From an uncultured Actinomycetota bacterium (GTDB lineage: Bacteria > Actinomycetota > Humimicrobiia > Humimicrobiales > Humimicrobiaceae), in the NCBI GenBank assembly GCA_964556165.1, contig CAZKVH010000004.1, forward strand, positions 13,075 through 77,074: a DNA stretch of 64,000 bases, read 5' to 3'. Positions 20,087-30,090 of the stretch are shown piece by piece. The translations under genes were made by a program, and so were the position numbers. Positions within the stretch are counted from its first letter, which is position 1. Every line of letters begins with the position of its first letter. Under the pieces are notes generated by a model. That model did no database searches, had not been told where the DNA came from, and saw nothing but the letters and a program-made list of their open reading frames with translations.

Positions 20087-21346
20087 ATGTTAAACAGAGA
20101 GGGCAAAAATAAGGTTAATATGGCTGAAGAACACATGATGAAAGCTCTTATGGATTATATTACGGATAGCATATATTTTAAGGATTTAAAAAGTAGATTC
20201 ATAAGGATTAACAAAGCATGTGCGGAAAAGTTTGGGATGAATGAGCCTGAAGAAGCAGTTGGGAAGACTGATTTTGATATTTTTACTAAAGAGCATGCCA
20301 GGCAGGCATTCAAGGATGAACAGAATATAATAAAAACAGGTAAAGCTATTGTAAATATTGAAGAGAAAGAGACATGGAAAGAGAGTATTACATGGGCTTC
20401 ATCAACAAAGATGCCTCTCTACAACGATAGAGGGAAAATAATCGGAACTTTTGGAATCACCAGGGATATAACTGACAGGAAGAAGGCGGAAGAAGAAATC
20501 AAGGAAAGCAGATCCAGAATTGAAGCAGTGCTTCATTCTACTGCAGATGGTATTTATGCTACTGATGAAACCGGGAAAATTTTATTGCACAACAATAAGT
20601 TTCTGGAATTATGGAGCATTCCTGAAAAGCTTATAAAGATACAGTCAAATGAAGAAGTTCTCAATTTTATGGCGGGATTTTTTGACGATGCTGAAGAGTT
20701 TAAAAAAAGGGTTGCCGGGCTCAACAAATCTGAAATTGATTGTGTTGATATTCTTAACTTAAAAGATGGCAGAATATTTGAGCGAACTTCATGTCCACTA
20801 AAAATGGATAACACAGTTATTGGAAGGGTATGGTCTTTCAGGGATATAACGGAACAGAAGAAAGCAGAGGAAAGGATATGGTATTTATCCTTTCACGATA
20901 AATTAACAGGTTTATATAATAGAGCTTACTTCGAGGAGGAATTAAAGAGATTAAATACCCAGAGGAAACTTCCTTTAAGCATCATTTTTTGCGATGTTAA
21001 TGGTTTGAAAGAAATGAACGATAATTACGGGTATGATAAAGGTGACAAGCTACTTCGTAAAATAGCGGGGATACTGAAGAGTTCTTTTAGAAGTGAGGAT
21101 GTAGTGGTTAGATGGGGCGGAGATGAGTTTGTTATAGTTCTTCCAATCACGGAAGAAAAAATCGCTGATGATATCATAGATAGGATATATAAAAAGTGCG
21201 AACTGGAATCCAGGCCGGGTTTTCCGGTAAGTGTTTCAATAGGTAGAGCTGTTAAAGATAAGATTTATCAGAGTATTAATTTAGTGGTGAATGAAGCCGA
21301 GAAAAAAATGATGATGCATAAAAAAGCTATTAAGAACAATTCCTGA
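20087..21346 (+). CDS. PAS-PAS-GGDEF diguanylate cyclase
   Basis: Two PAS-like segments are followed by a GGDEF domain. The active site is RWGGDEFVIV, with an RSED I-site 5 residues upstream and the typical SFHDKLTGLYNR entry. Confidence 0.85.
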   Translation: MLNREGKNKVNMAEEHMMKALMDYITDSIYFKDLKSRFIRINKACAEKFGMNEPEEAVGKTDFDIFTKEHARQAFKDEQNIIKTGKAIVNIEEKETWKESITWASSTKMPLYNDRGKIIGTFGITRDITDRKKAEEEIKESRSRIEAVLHSTADGIYATDETGKILLHNNKFLELWSIPEKLIKIQSNEEVLNFMAGFFDDAEEFKKRVAGLNKSEIDCVDILNLKDGRIFERTSCPLKMDNTVIGRVWSFRDITEQKKAEERIWYLSFHDKLTGLYNRAYFEEELKRLNTQRKLPLSIIFCDVNGLKEMNDNYGYDKGDKLLRKIAGILKSSFRSEDVVVRWGGDEFVIVLPITEEKIADDIIDRIYKKCELESRPGFPVSVSIGRAVKDKIYQSINLVVNEAEKKMMMHKKAIKNNS

Positions 21347-21761
21347 GCGTCTGAATATCATAATTTATGACATTTTTTACTTTTCCAGATATAGTATTTA
21401 AATCTTTTTATCCTGAGATAATGATTATAATTAGTTTCCAATTCATAGAGAATTCTGGATAGCGAGAATCCTCTTTCTATATCTTTTAGCAGAATGGTTT
21501 TTTGGATATTGGTTCCTTATCAGAATGTTTAAGTTCCTTTATGCCAATATTTATATTTATACTTATCAACTGACTGCACAATTGCAATTATGCTGTATTT
21601 AAACAAATATTAACTTCAAGGTGCAACAGGAATCTGGCAGGAAATTAAAAATTGTACTGTTGTATGGTATGAAACTATAGAAATATAGTTGCGTCTATCT
21701 AAAAGTTGCAGGGTAAGATATTTTTTTAAAAAATAACATTTTTATTCGAAAAGGATGAACC

Positions 21762-22190
21762 GTGAAAGAAATGAATCAAAAAGAAATTGAGAATATTATT
21801 CCTCATAGATACCCGTTTTTACTTGTCGATAAAATTCTTGAGGTTGAACCGGGCAAAAGAATTAAAGCAGTAAAATATGTAAGAGAAGATGAATTTTATT
21901 TTAAAGGTCATTTCCCATCCAACCCAATTATGCCCGGCGTACTTATAGTAGAAACTATGGCACAGGCAGGAGCTGTACTTGCTTTGATGGCACCTGAAAA
22001 TAAGGGCAGGATTGCACTTTTTGCAGGGATAGATAAGGCAAGATTTAGAAGAATAGTCAGGCCGGGAGATGAGCTGGTGCTTGAAGTGGAGCTGGAAAAC
22101 ATTAAAAGGAATATTGGCAGGGCAAAGGGGAGAGCGACAGTTGAAAATCAAATAGCCTGTGTTGCTGAAATTATGTTTGCTATAAGTTAG
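21762..22190 (+). CDS. fabZ: 3-hydroxyacyl-ACP dehydratase FabZ
   Basis: 142 aa hotdog fold ([11 protein letters not shown]...[16 protein letters not shown]). GTG start. Confidence 0.9.
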   Translation: MKEMNQKEIENIIPHRYPFLLVDKILEVEPGKRIKAVKYVREDEFYFKGHFPSNPIMPGVLIVETMAQAGAVLALMAPENKGRIALFAGIDKARFRRIVRPGDELVLEVELENIKRNIGRAKGRATVENQIACVAEIMFAIS

Positions 22191-22255
22191 ATGCTAAATA
22201 AAAACTTTAGACGGGGGTAGTTAAAATTTCTGGGATTTTAAGAAAAGTTGTTTTT

Positions 22256-23215
22256 ATGTTTCCCGGACAGGGTTCGCAATACAGTGGAATGGGCATGGAG
22301 TTTTTAGATGCTTTCAGCGAGTACAGGGAGTATTTTAAAGTGTCTGGCGATTTAGTAGGAACAAATTTATTGGGAATAATCAATGGTGGGAACCAGGACA
22401 GTTCGCTTGATGATACGCGATTTAGCCAGATTTCGATTTATACTTTAAGCTGTGCTTTAAATGATTATTTAATAAATAATCTCTCTATAAGTAAGGAGTG
22501 TGTTGATACAGTTATGGGACATAGTCTTGGGGAATACAGCGCTCTTTACAGTTCAGGAGCTTATAGTTTTGGCAAAGGCGCGGAACTTGTCGGGTATCGG
22601 AGCATGATTACCGCTAAAGAGGGAAAAAACAATAAAGGTATGATGGTTGCTGTTCTGGGAGAAGAATTGTTTAAAATAATGAATATATTAGAAAGTTATA
22701 ACGGCAGGGTTTTTATTGCTAATTACAATGATTACAGGCAGACAGTAATAAGCGGTTATGAAAATTCGGTTAAAGAGTTAATAGAAGATTTCAAATCAAA
22801 TGGGATAAAAAAAATGGTTATACTAAAAGTAGGAATAGCTTCTCACTGTCCTGTTATGAAGAAAGTTTCGGATGAACTGGGCAGGTTCATAAATAATAAT
22901 ATCGATTTTAATGACATTAATTTGCCCTTTTTTTCTACCACTGAACTGGATTATAAAAATAAAGAGGAAATAGCAAAGACTCTCAGAGGCCAGCTTGTAA
23001 ATCCTGTAAGGTGGGTTGAAAGTATAGAGTATTTGCTAAAGAAAGGCGTAAGTATTTTTATTGAAGTGGGCCCCGGCAAAGTATTAACCGGGCTGGTTGG
23101 GAGGATTGCCAGAGAGAATGGCAAGGAAATTATTTTGCTTAATACCGATAAAATGGAGGATATCCAAAATTTAAAAAAAATATTAAAAGAGGAAGGAATA
23201 ATAAATGAGGCTTGA
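22256..23215 (+). CDS. fabD: malonyl CoA-ACP transacylase FabD
   Basis: It starts at FPGQGSQ and has the GHSLGEYSA active-site motif. An in-frame stop 45 nt upstream fixes the short N-terminus. Confidence 0.85.
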   Translation: MFPGQGSQYSGMGMEFLDAFSEYREYFKVSGDLVGTNLLGIINGGNQDSSLDDTRFSQISIYTLSCALNDYLINNLSISKECVDTVMGHSLGEYSALYSSGAYSFGKGAELVGYRSMITAKEGKNNKGMMVAVLGEELFKIMNILESYNGRVFIANYNDYRQTVISGYENSVKELIEDFKSNGIKKMVILKVGIASHCPVMKKVSDELGRFINNNIDFNDINLPFFSTTELDYKNKEEIAKTLRGQLVNPVRWVESIEYLLKKGVSIFIEVGPGKVLTGLVGRIARENGKEIILLNTDKMEDIQNLKKILKEEGIINEA

Positions 23216-23951
23216 AGGTAAAGTAGCCCTTATAACCGGAGGAGCCAGGGGCATCGGGAAAAAAATTTCCGAAACATTCCTGGGAGAAGGTGCAGATGTT
23301 TTTATTTTTGATGTTAACAGGAATGAGGGAGAGAATACCGCTGGTGAATTCAGAAGAGCTTATGGCAAAAGCAGAGCATACTTTTTTGAAGTTGATATAA
23401 CAGACGAAAAAGCAGTAGAAAATTCGATAGAGAAAATTATCGAAGAAAAAGGAAGAATTGATATTCTGGTTAATAATGCTGGTATCACACGTGATAATTT
23501 AATATTAAGGATGAGTCTTGCAGACTGGAAAAAGGTAATTGATATAAACCTGACAGGAGCATTCGTATGCTCAAAGTATGCAGCTAAATATATGTTAAAA
23601 AACAGAAGTGGAAGGATAATAAATATTTCTTCGATAGTAGGAGTCCATGGCAACGCGGGTCAGAGTAATTATTCTTCTTCAAAAGCTGGAATAATAGGTT
23701 TAACAAAAACTCTGGCAAAGGAACTTGCAGGAAGAAATATTCTCGTAAATGCAATAGCTCCCGGCTATATAGAGACAGAAATGACAGGTATGTTAAGCGA
23801 TAAAATAAAAGAGAATCTGATGGCCCAGATACCTGTAAGGAGGCTTGGCAGCATTAATGATGTAGCAAAGCTGGCGCTTTTTCTGGCGTGTGATGATTCA
23901 AGCTATATAACAGGGACAGTAATAAATCTGGATGGTGGAATGGGTATTTAA
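23205..23951 (+). CDS. fabG: 3-oxoacyl-ACP reductase FabG (SDR)
   Basis: TGGARGIGK Rossmann motif and the NAG...YxxxK catalytic pattern. It sits between fabD and fabF. Confidence 0.85.
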   Translation: MRLEGKVALITGGARGIGKKISETFLGEGADVFIFDVNRNEGENTAGEFRRAYGKSRAYFFEVDITDEKAVENSIEKIIEEKGRIDILVNNAGITRDNLILRMSLADWKKVIDINLTGAFVCSKYAAKYMLKNRSGRIINISSIVGVHGNAGQSNYSSSKAGIIGLTKTLAKELAGRNILVNAIAPGYIETEMTGMLSDKIKENLMAQIPVRRLGSINDVAKLALFLACDDSSYITGTVINLDGGMGI

Positions 23952-24067
23952 TAAGTATGTCTTTAATGAAGAATGGCGGTTCTTAAAGGGGATAGATAAT
24001 TTAAAAAAGAGAGAGATTAAGTAAATTTAAAAAGACGGATAATTTTTTATAAGTAAGGGGATTATTA

Positions 24068-25321
24068 TTGAGAGCAGAAAAAGATAAAAGAAGAGTTGTG
24101 ATAACTGGACTGGGTGTTATAACTTCACTTGGGATGGAGATTGGGGAATTCTGGAATAATTTGATTTCGGGCAAACCGGGTGTTAGCAAAATCAAGCATT
24201 TTGATGTAGAAAAGATAGCTTCCAGAATTGCGGCCCAGGTTAAAGATTTTGAACCTGAAAATTATATGAGTTTTAAACAGGCTAAAAGAATGGACAGGTT
24301 TGCACAGTTTGCAGTGGCTGCTGCGTCAGAGGCCATTAAGGATAGCGGTCTTAAGATAAATCAATTTAATGAAAATGATGTTGGAGTTTATGTAGGAAGT
24401 GGTGTAGGAGGCCTCTCAACCATGGAAAAGCAACATATAAAGCTGCTGAGTAAAGGAGCCAATAAGGTCAGCCCTTTTCTTATTCCCATGATGATAAGCA
24501 ATATGGCTGCCGCACAGGTTTCTATAATGAGCGGTGCCAAGGGACCGGTAAGCACAACAACTACAGCCTGCGCCGCAGGCTCAAATGCCATAGGTGATGC
24601 ATTTGAAATTATTAAGAGGGGTGATGCGGAAATTATGATTGCAGGCGGAAGCGAAGCTGCCGTAACACCGCTGGGAATGGCAGGATTTTCTAATATGCAG
24701 GCTCTTTCTACAAGGAATGATGAACCTGAAAAAGCATCCAGACCATTTGATAGAGACAGGGACGGGTTTGTTATGGGCGAAGGTTGTGGAATATTGATTC
24801 TGGAAGAACTGAAATCTGCTTTAAAAAGGAATGCTAAAATATACTGTGAAATGTTTGGGTACGGGCTATCAGGTGAAGCTTATCATGTTACTGCTCTTGA
24901 GGAATCAGGAGTAAACGTAGCAAGGTGCATGAAAAATTGTCTTGACGAAGGAGGAATAAAAATAGAAGAAGTAGACTATATTAATGCACACGGAACTTCG
25001 ACTCCTTTAAACGATACTGTTGAAACTGCCGGGATAAAAAGGTATTTTGGGAAACATGCCTATAATATAAACTTGAGCGCGATAAAATCAATGACCGGCC
25101 ACTGCCTTGGCGCATCGGGTGCAATTGAAGTGGTATCGACTGCGCTTACTATAAAAAATGATATAATACCTCCCACAATTAATCTCGATAATCCTGATGA
25201 GGGGTGTGATTTAAATTATACTGCGAAAATAAGCCATAAAAGAGAGATTAATATTGCCCTTTCTAATTCAATGGGATTTGGCGGGCATAATGTTGCGCTG
25301 GGTTTCAAGAAATATCTGTAA
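24068..25321 (+). CDS. fabF: 3-oxoacyl-ACP synthase II (KAS II)
   Basis: 417 aa thiolase-fold KAS with the active-site Cys in ACAAGS and a His-His region (NAHGTSTP, GHCLGASG). Confidence 0.9.
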   Translation: MRAEKDKRRVVITGLGVITSLGMEIGEFWNNLISGKPGVSKIKHFDVEKIASRIAAQVKDFEPENYMSFKQAKRMDRFAQFAVAAASEAIKDSGLKINQFNENDVGVYVGSGVGGLSTMEKQHIKLLSKGANKVSPFLIPMMISNMAAAQVSIMSGAKGPVSTTTTACAAGSNAIGDAFEIIKRGDAEIMIAGGSEAAVTPLGMAGFSNMQALSTRNDEPEKASRPFDRDRDGFVMGEGCGILILEELKSALKRNAKIYCEMFGYGLSGEAYHVTALEESGVNVARCMKNCLDEGGIKIEEVDYINAHGTSTPLNDTVETAGIKRYFGKHAYNINLSAIKSMTGHCLGASGAIEVVSTALTIKNDIIPPTINLDNPDEGCDLNYTAKISHKREINIALSNSMGFGGHNVALGFKKYL

Positions 25322-25350
25322 ATAAATAAAAAGGTAGTAAGATAAGGATT

Positions 25351-26124
25351 ATGGAAAAAATAAAATGTGAGAATTGCAATAGAGATATTGATAGCGAGGT
25401 TTTCTTATTAAATTTGAAAGTATGCCCGTTTTGTAACCATCATCATGTGATTGGTGCAATGGAAAGATTACAGATTACCGTAGATGATAATAGTTTTGTT
25501 GAAATAGGAAAGAACGTAAGTTCCATTGATTTCTTGAATTTTTTTGATGTCAAATCTTATAGCATAAGGCTCAAAGAAGCGAGGTTAAGTACTGGTTTGA
25601 GTGAAGCAATTATAGCCGGAGAGGCCAGGATAGAAGGGATTGGTCTTGCTATCGGCATCATGGATTTTGGGTTTATGGGTGGAAGCATGGGCAGTGTGGT
25701 TGGTGAGAGAATAAGAATTTTAGCCAATCATAGTATTGAGAAACATATTCCACTCGTCATATTCTGCGCATCTGGAGGTGCCAGAATGCAGGAGGGCACC
25801 GTATCTCTTATGCAGATGGCAAAGACAGTGTCAAGCATAAACAGAGTGAAAGAAAATGGGATACCTTACATTTCTGTTATTACAAATCCAACATCAGGCG
25901 GTGTAAGCGCAAGTTTTGCTACCCTCGCAGATATTATAATAGCAGAACCAAATTCGCTTTTCTGCTTTGCAGGTCCCCGTGTTATAAAGCAAACTATAAA
26001 AAAGAATCCGCCGCCTGATTTTGGCATGGCGGAGAGGAATTTAAAAAACGGCCAGGTTGATATGATTGTAAATAGAAATGATTTAAAAGGTGTTCTGGCA
26101 AATATATTAAGACTGTTTAAATAG
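25351..26124 (+). CDS. accD: acetyl-CoA carboxylase carboxyltransferase beta subunit
   Basis: N-terminal C4 zinc ribbon (CENC...CPFC) plus a crotonase-like CT domain. Confidence 0.85.
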   Translation: MEKIKCENCNRDIDSEVFLLNLKVCPFCNHHHVIGAMERLQITVDDNSFVEIGKNVSSIDFLNFFDVKSYSIRLKEARLSTGLSEAIIAGEARIEGIGLAIGIMDFGFMGGSMGSVVGERIRILANHSIEKHIPLVIFCASGGARMQEGTVSLMQMAKTVSSINRVKENGIPYISVITNPTSGGVSASFATLADIIIAEPNSLFCFAGPRVIKQTIKKNPPPDFGMAERNLKNGQVDMIVNRNDLKGVLANILRLFK

Positions 26125-26161
26125 TATTGTAAGAGTTAATTGTTATTTATCAGGTGATTTT

Positions 26162-27133
26162 ATGGATTTTAAAAGAATGGCAGAAATTCCTAAAAACTAT
26201 CTTAAAGAGATACTGGGCGCACTTTCAAAGCTCGAAAAGTTAAAGAAGATTCCTTTCTTCAGTGGTATTCACTTCAGAGATGCCGAGAGAGACCTGAACC
26301 AGAAGATTAAGAGCTATAAAAAGATTGAGAGAGATGCCGGCAGGGCTTGGAAAGTTGTAGAACTTTCAAGGAATGAAGGACGGCCGCAATGTTATGATTA
26401 TATAAATGGTATATTTGATAATTTTATTAGTCTGAGTGGAGATAGATTGGGCGGGGAAGACAAATCCATAATAGCCGGTCTTGGAAAGGTTAATGGTAAA
26501 ACTGTCGCGGTTATAGGTCATAATAAGGGCAGGGATATACAGGAAAGGGTTGAGTATAATTTTGGTATGGGTACACCTGAGGGTTACAGGAAGTCGCAAA
26601 GGGTCATGAGACTGGCTGATAGGTTTGGATTTCCGATAATAACTTTTATAGATACCCCGGGAGCTTACCCTGATGTTGAAGCTGAGGATAAAGGTCAGGC
26701 AGGTGCGATTGCAAAAAGCATTTCATTAATGTTTGAAGTTAATATCCCGCTAATCTCTATTTTAATTGGTGAAGGTGGAAGCGGGGGAGCGCTGGCACTT
26801 GCTGTTGGGAATGAGGTAGCGATGCTTGCGAATTCAACTTACTCTGTTATTTCGTCTGAAGGATGCGCAGCTATATTATGGAAAAGTCCTACCGGTATAA
26901 AGCTCGCTGCAAAAAGTTTAAGATTAACATCAAAGGATCTTATAAGACTTAAGGTTATTGACAGGATTATTCCCGAACCATTTGGTGGTGCGCAGAATGC
27001 GCCCGAAAGAATGGTAAAAATTGTAAAGAAATATATTGTGAATACTCTTGATAAATACAGCCGTTTTTCAAAAGAAAAGATAAAATCTGACAGGGCCGAA
27101 AAATTTGAATCAATGGGTTTTTTTAATTCTTAA
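26162..27133 (+). CDS. accA: acetyl-CoA carboxylase carboxyltransferase alpha subunit
   Basis: 323 aa AccA core (ITFIDTPGAYP...GEGGSGGALA). Confidence 0.85.
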   Translation: MDFKRMAEIPKNYLKEILGALSKLEKLKKIPFFSGIHFRDAERDLNQKIKSYKKIERDAGRAWKVVELSRNEGRPQCYDYINGIFDNFISLSGDRLGGEDKSIIAGLGKVNGKTVAVIGHNKGRDIQERVEYNFGMGTPEGYRKSQRVMRLADRFGFPIITFIDTPGAYPDVEAEDKGQAGAIAKSISLMFEVNIPLISILIGEGGSGGALALAVGNEVAMLANSTYSVISSEGCAAILWKSPTGIKLAAKSLRLTSKDLIRLKVIDRIIPEPFGGAQNAPERMVKIVKKYIVNTLDKYSRFSKEKIKSDRAEKFESMGFFNS

Positions 27134-27192
27134 TAAGCACGAGCGTGTAAGATAAATTATTATTTTCTGATAAAAATAATGCTACTGCTGCT

Positions 27193-29025
27193 TTAGCTTC
27201 CTGTAAATAATATGACACTTGAATTCGGTGGTATATAGGTTCCTGCTTCTGGAATCTGATTAATGACGGTGTTAACTTCTATGGCATAGTTGGTATCCAC
27301 ATAGCTTATTTCATATTTAATTCCGGTAGAGTCAAGCTTATTTATGGCTTCTTCCAGGCTTAATTGTGTGAGACCCGGTACTATGACAAGAGGTTCATTC
27401 GAGGAAATAATAAGCCTTACCAGGCTATTTTTCTCTACTTTAGAACCTGTCGGTGGTATTACTTCAACAATTTTTCCTGGCTCATTTATAATATCTCCTT
27501 CTTTTATAGGATGTTTGCTGCTTTCTACAATAAGACCGAGGGATGTAAGATAATTAAAAGCTTCTATATAACCCTCTCCTATGATATTTGGAACGAGTAT
27601 AAGCTCTGTACCCTTACTTACTGTAAGGTCGACGGATTCCCCGGGCTTAATGGGTTTATTGAATTCCGGAGCATGACTTATAACTGTATTTTCTTTAAAT
27701 GTGTCAGAATAATCTCTGGAAATATTTCCTTCTAAAAGTTTGTTGTTCTGGAGTATAATCCGCGCATCTTCAATGCTGAGCCCGATTAAATTAGGTGTTG
27801 ATATGGCATCATTTTCTGGTCCCATGCTAATAATTATATTGATATCACTGCCGGCAGGTATATCCTCACCCGGTCCGGGATTCTGCTCTATTATAAAGCC
27901 CTCCGGTATGTCAGAGTTATAAGTCTGGTTTTCCACCTTAAGATTTAAGCCATAAGTTGATAATATTTCTTCAGCGTTTTCCAGAGGAATATTCTCGACA
28001 GGGGGGACTAATACGGTATCAGAGGAATTAAAGGATTCAGAACTATAATATTTGTAACCATAAATTATAGATAGGCTCATGAAGGTAAACATTAGAATGC
28101 CTGTTACGATTATAGTTATAAGGTACCCTGCTTTTTCCTTAGAAAAAACTGCTCTTTCTAAATTCTTTGATTTTATATTAAAACTTAAGGGCTTTTCTGT
28201 ATGGTATTCCTGAAGATCCTCCAGGAGTTCTTTTATATCCGGGTAACGTGACTGAGGGTCTTTTTCAATACAGTGCATGACTATTTTTTCAAGTTTTTCT
28301 GGTATATTATCTATTAATTCAGATGGTTTCAAAGGTTTTTCATATATGTGTTTAAGACTTATATCAATTGAACTCCCTCCTCTAAATGGTACATCAGCAG
28401 TTAGCATCTCATACATTACAATTCCAAGAGAGTAGATATCTGTTCTGTGGTCAAAAACTTCTCCTTTTGCCTGTTCAGGTGATATATAATGAGCGGTTCC
28501 GATGATATTTAATGTTTTTGTCACATCAGTACCAATGGACTTGGCTATTCCGAAGTCAGTAACTTTTATTTTCCCTTCCGGGGTTACCAGAATATTCTGT
28601 GGTTTGATGTCACGGTGCACAAGGTTATTTCTATGAGCAAGGTATAGCGCACTTGAAATCTGTACTGCGTAATCGACCGCAGTTTTATGGGGCAATGGTC
28701 CTCTTTTTTCAATAATTTCTTTCAGGCTTTCACCTTTTATGTATTCCATACAGATGAAGTAAGAGCCATTGTGTTTCCCCCAGTCATATACCTGAACGAT
28801 GTTAGGATGGCTTAATCGGGCGAGTATTTGCGCTTCACTTTTAAATCTTGCCACAAAATTTTTATCGTTTGCATGATTAGCTGATAGTATCTTTATAGCA
28901 ACTTTCCTTCCTAATCTCAGGTCATCCCCTAAATAGACATCAGCCATTCCTCCCGTAGCGATTTTTTTTATAATCCTGTATCTTTTCAAAACCAATTTAT
29001 TTTTTTCAGAATTGTTATTATCCAT
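27193..29025 (-). CDS. prkC: Ser/Thr protein kinase with C-terminal PASTA repeats (PrkC/PknB-like)
   Basis: The N-terminus is a Hanks kinase domain (GGMADVY, HRDIKPQN, DFG). It has a single TM segment followed by three to four PASTA-like repeats. Confidence 0.85.
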   Translation of the reverse strand: MDNNNSEKNKLVLKRYRIIKKIATGGMADVYLGDDLRLGRKVAIKILSANHANDKNFVARFKSEAQILARLSHPNIVQVYDWGKHNGSYFICMEYIKGESLKEIIEKRGPLPHKTAVDYAVQISSALYLAHRNNLVHRDIKPQNILVTPEGKIKVTDFGIAKSIGTDVTKTLNIIGTAHYISPEQAKGEVFDHRTDIYSLGIVMYEMLTADVPFRGGSSIDISLKHIYEKPLKPSELIDNIPEKLEKIVMHCIEKDPQSRYPDIKELLEDLQEYHTEKPLSFNIKSKNLERAVFSKEKAGYLITIIVTGILMFTFMSLSIIYGYKYYSSESFNSSDTVLVPPVENIPLENAEEILSTYGLNLKVENQTYNSDIPEGFIIEQNPGPGEDIPAGSDINIIISMGPENDAISTPNLIGLSIEDARIILQNNKLLEGNISRDYSDTFKENTVISHAPEFNKPIKPGESVDLTVSKGTELILVPNIIGEGYIEAFNYLTSLGLIVESSKHPIKEGDIINEPGKIVEVIPPTGSKVEKNSLVRLIISSNEPLVIVPGLTQLSLEEAINKLDSTGIKYEISYVDTNYAIEVNTVINQIPEAGTYIPPNSSVILFTGS

Positions 29026-29030
29026 TTTCT

Positions 29031-29804
29031 TTATATCTTAATTGCTATTACAGTTATATTATCCATACCACCTTTTTTAATTGCTTCTTTTATAAGATTT
29101 CCCACTATGCTCTTTGTTTCGTTGTAACTATTAACAATATTTAGAATTTCCTTATCTCTCAACATAGAGTTAAGTCCATCGGAGCATATAATAATTATGT
29201 CTTCAGGTAATATTTTATATGAGTAAAAATCGGGTTCTATATCCTCAGCAACACCGATTACATTGGTGAGGTAATTTCTTTGAGGGTGATTGAAGGTATC
29301 TTCATAGCTTATTTCACCTTTTCTCAACAGTTCCCCTACTATAGTATGGTCGGAAGTTAACAGCTTGAGTTCGTCTTTTCTTTTTATATAAACCCTGCTG
29401 TCACCGATGTGGATAATATGATATCTGTTTTTGTGAATATAACATGCGCTTAAAGTCGTTCCCATACCGTAATATTTCGGGAGTGAAAAAGCCTTTTTAA
29501 ATACTTCTTTATTAGAAATTTTAATACTGCTTATCAATAAATCTTTTATTGTATTTTGCGTCAGCTCGATTTTTACTTCGTGGGGAGAGCCTGTTTTTTC
29601 TCCTGATGTAGTTGATTTTTTTATATCTGAAAGCCTGTTTTTGAACTCCTTTACAAAAGTTTCTACAGCAAGCTTGCTTGCAACTTCTCCAGCCCTGTGA
29701 CCACCCATGCCATCACATACGACAAACAGATTGTCACCGGCATAAAAATAATCTTCATTTTTTTCTCTGTATGTTCCGATATCTGTATCTGCGAAATAGT
29801 CCAT
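29031..29804 (-). CDS. prpC: PP2C-family Ser/Thr phosphatase (PrpC/Stp)
   Basis: PP2C metal-binding motifs (DGMGGH, GDSR, DGL..M). It lies immediately upstream of the kinase gene. Confidence 0.85.
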   Translation of the reverse strand: MDYFADTDIGTYREKNEDYFYAGDNLFVVCDGMGGHRAGEVASKLAVETFVKEFKNRLSDIKKSTTSGEKTGSPHEVKIELTQNTIKDLLISSIKISNKEVFKKAFSLPKYYGMGTTLSACYIHKNRYHIIHIGDSRVYIKRKDELKLLTSDHTIVGELLRKGEISYEDTFNHPQRNYLTNVIGVAEDIEPDFYSYKILPEDIIIICSDGLNSMLRDKEILNIVNSYNETKSIVGNLIKEAIKKGGMDNITVIAIKI

Positions 29805-30090
29805 GCAATTATTATATGTTATTATTTTGCATTTATAAAATTATATTAATATGTAAAATTTATAATTAATGCATTCTGCAATGCATTGAATATTAAAAAT
29901 GAAATTTAAATATACCGGGGCGTTTGCAGTTAGTTGTTATATAATAAGGGCAGTGTTATTTTGTTTTTTTATGTTTGATTGCAAATAGAGCTCTAATTAT
30001 GGTGATAAAGAGCAAAAAAGCTAGTATTATAAGATAAATGCCTATAATAATTGTAAGTAGAACTGTTAAATAAAGAAAGGTGAAAATAAG

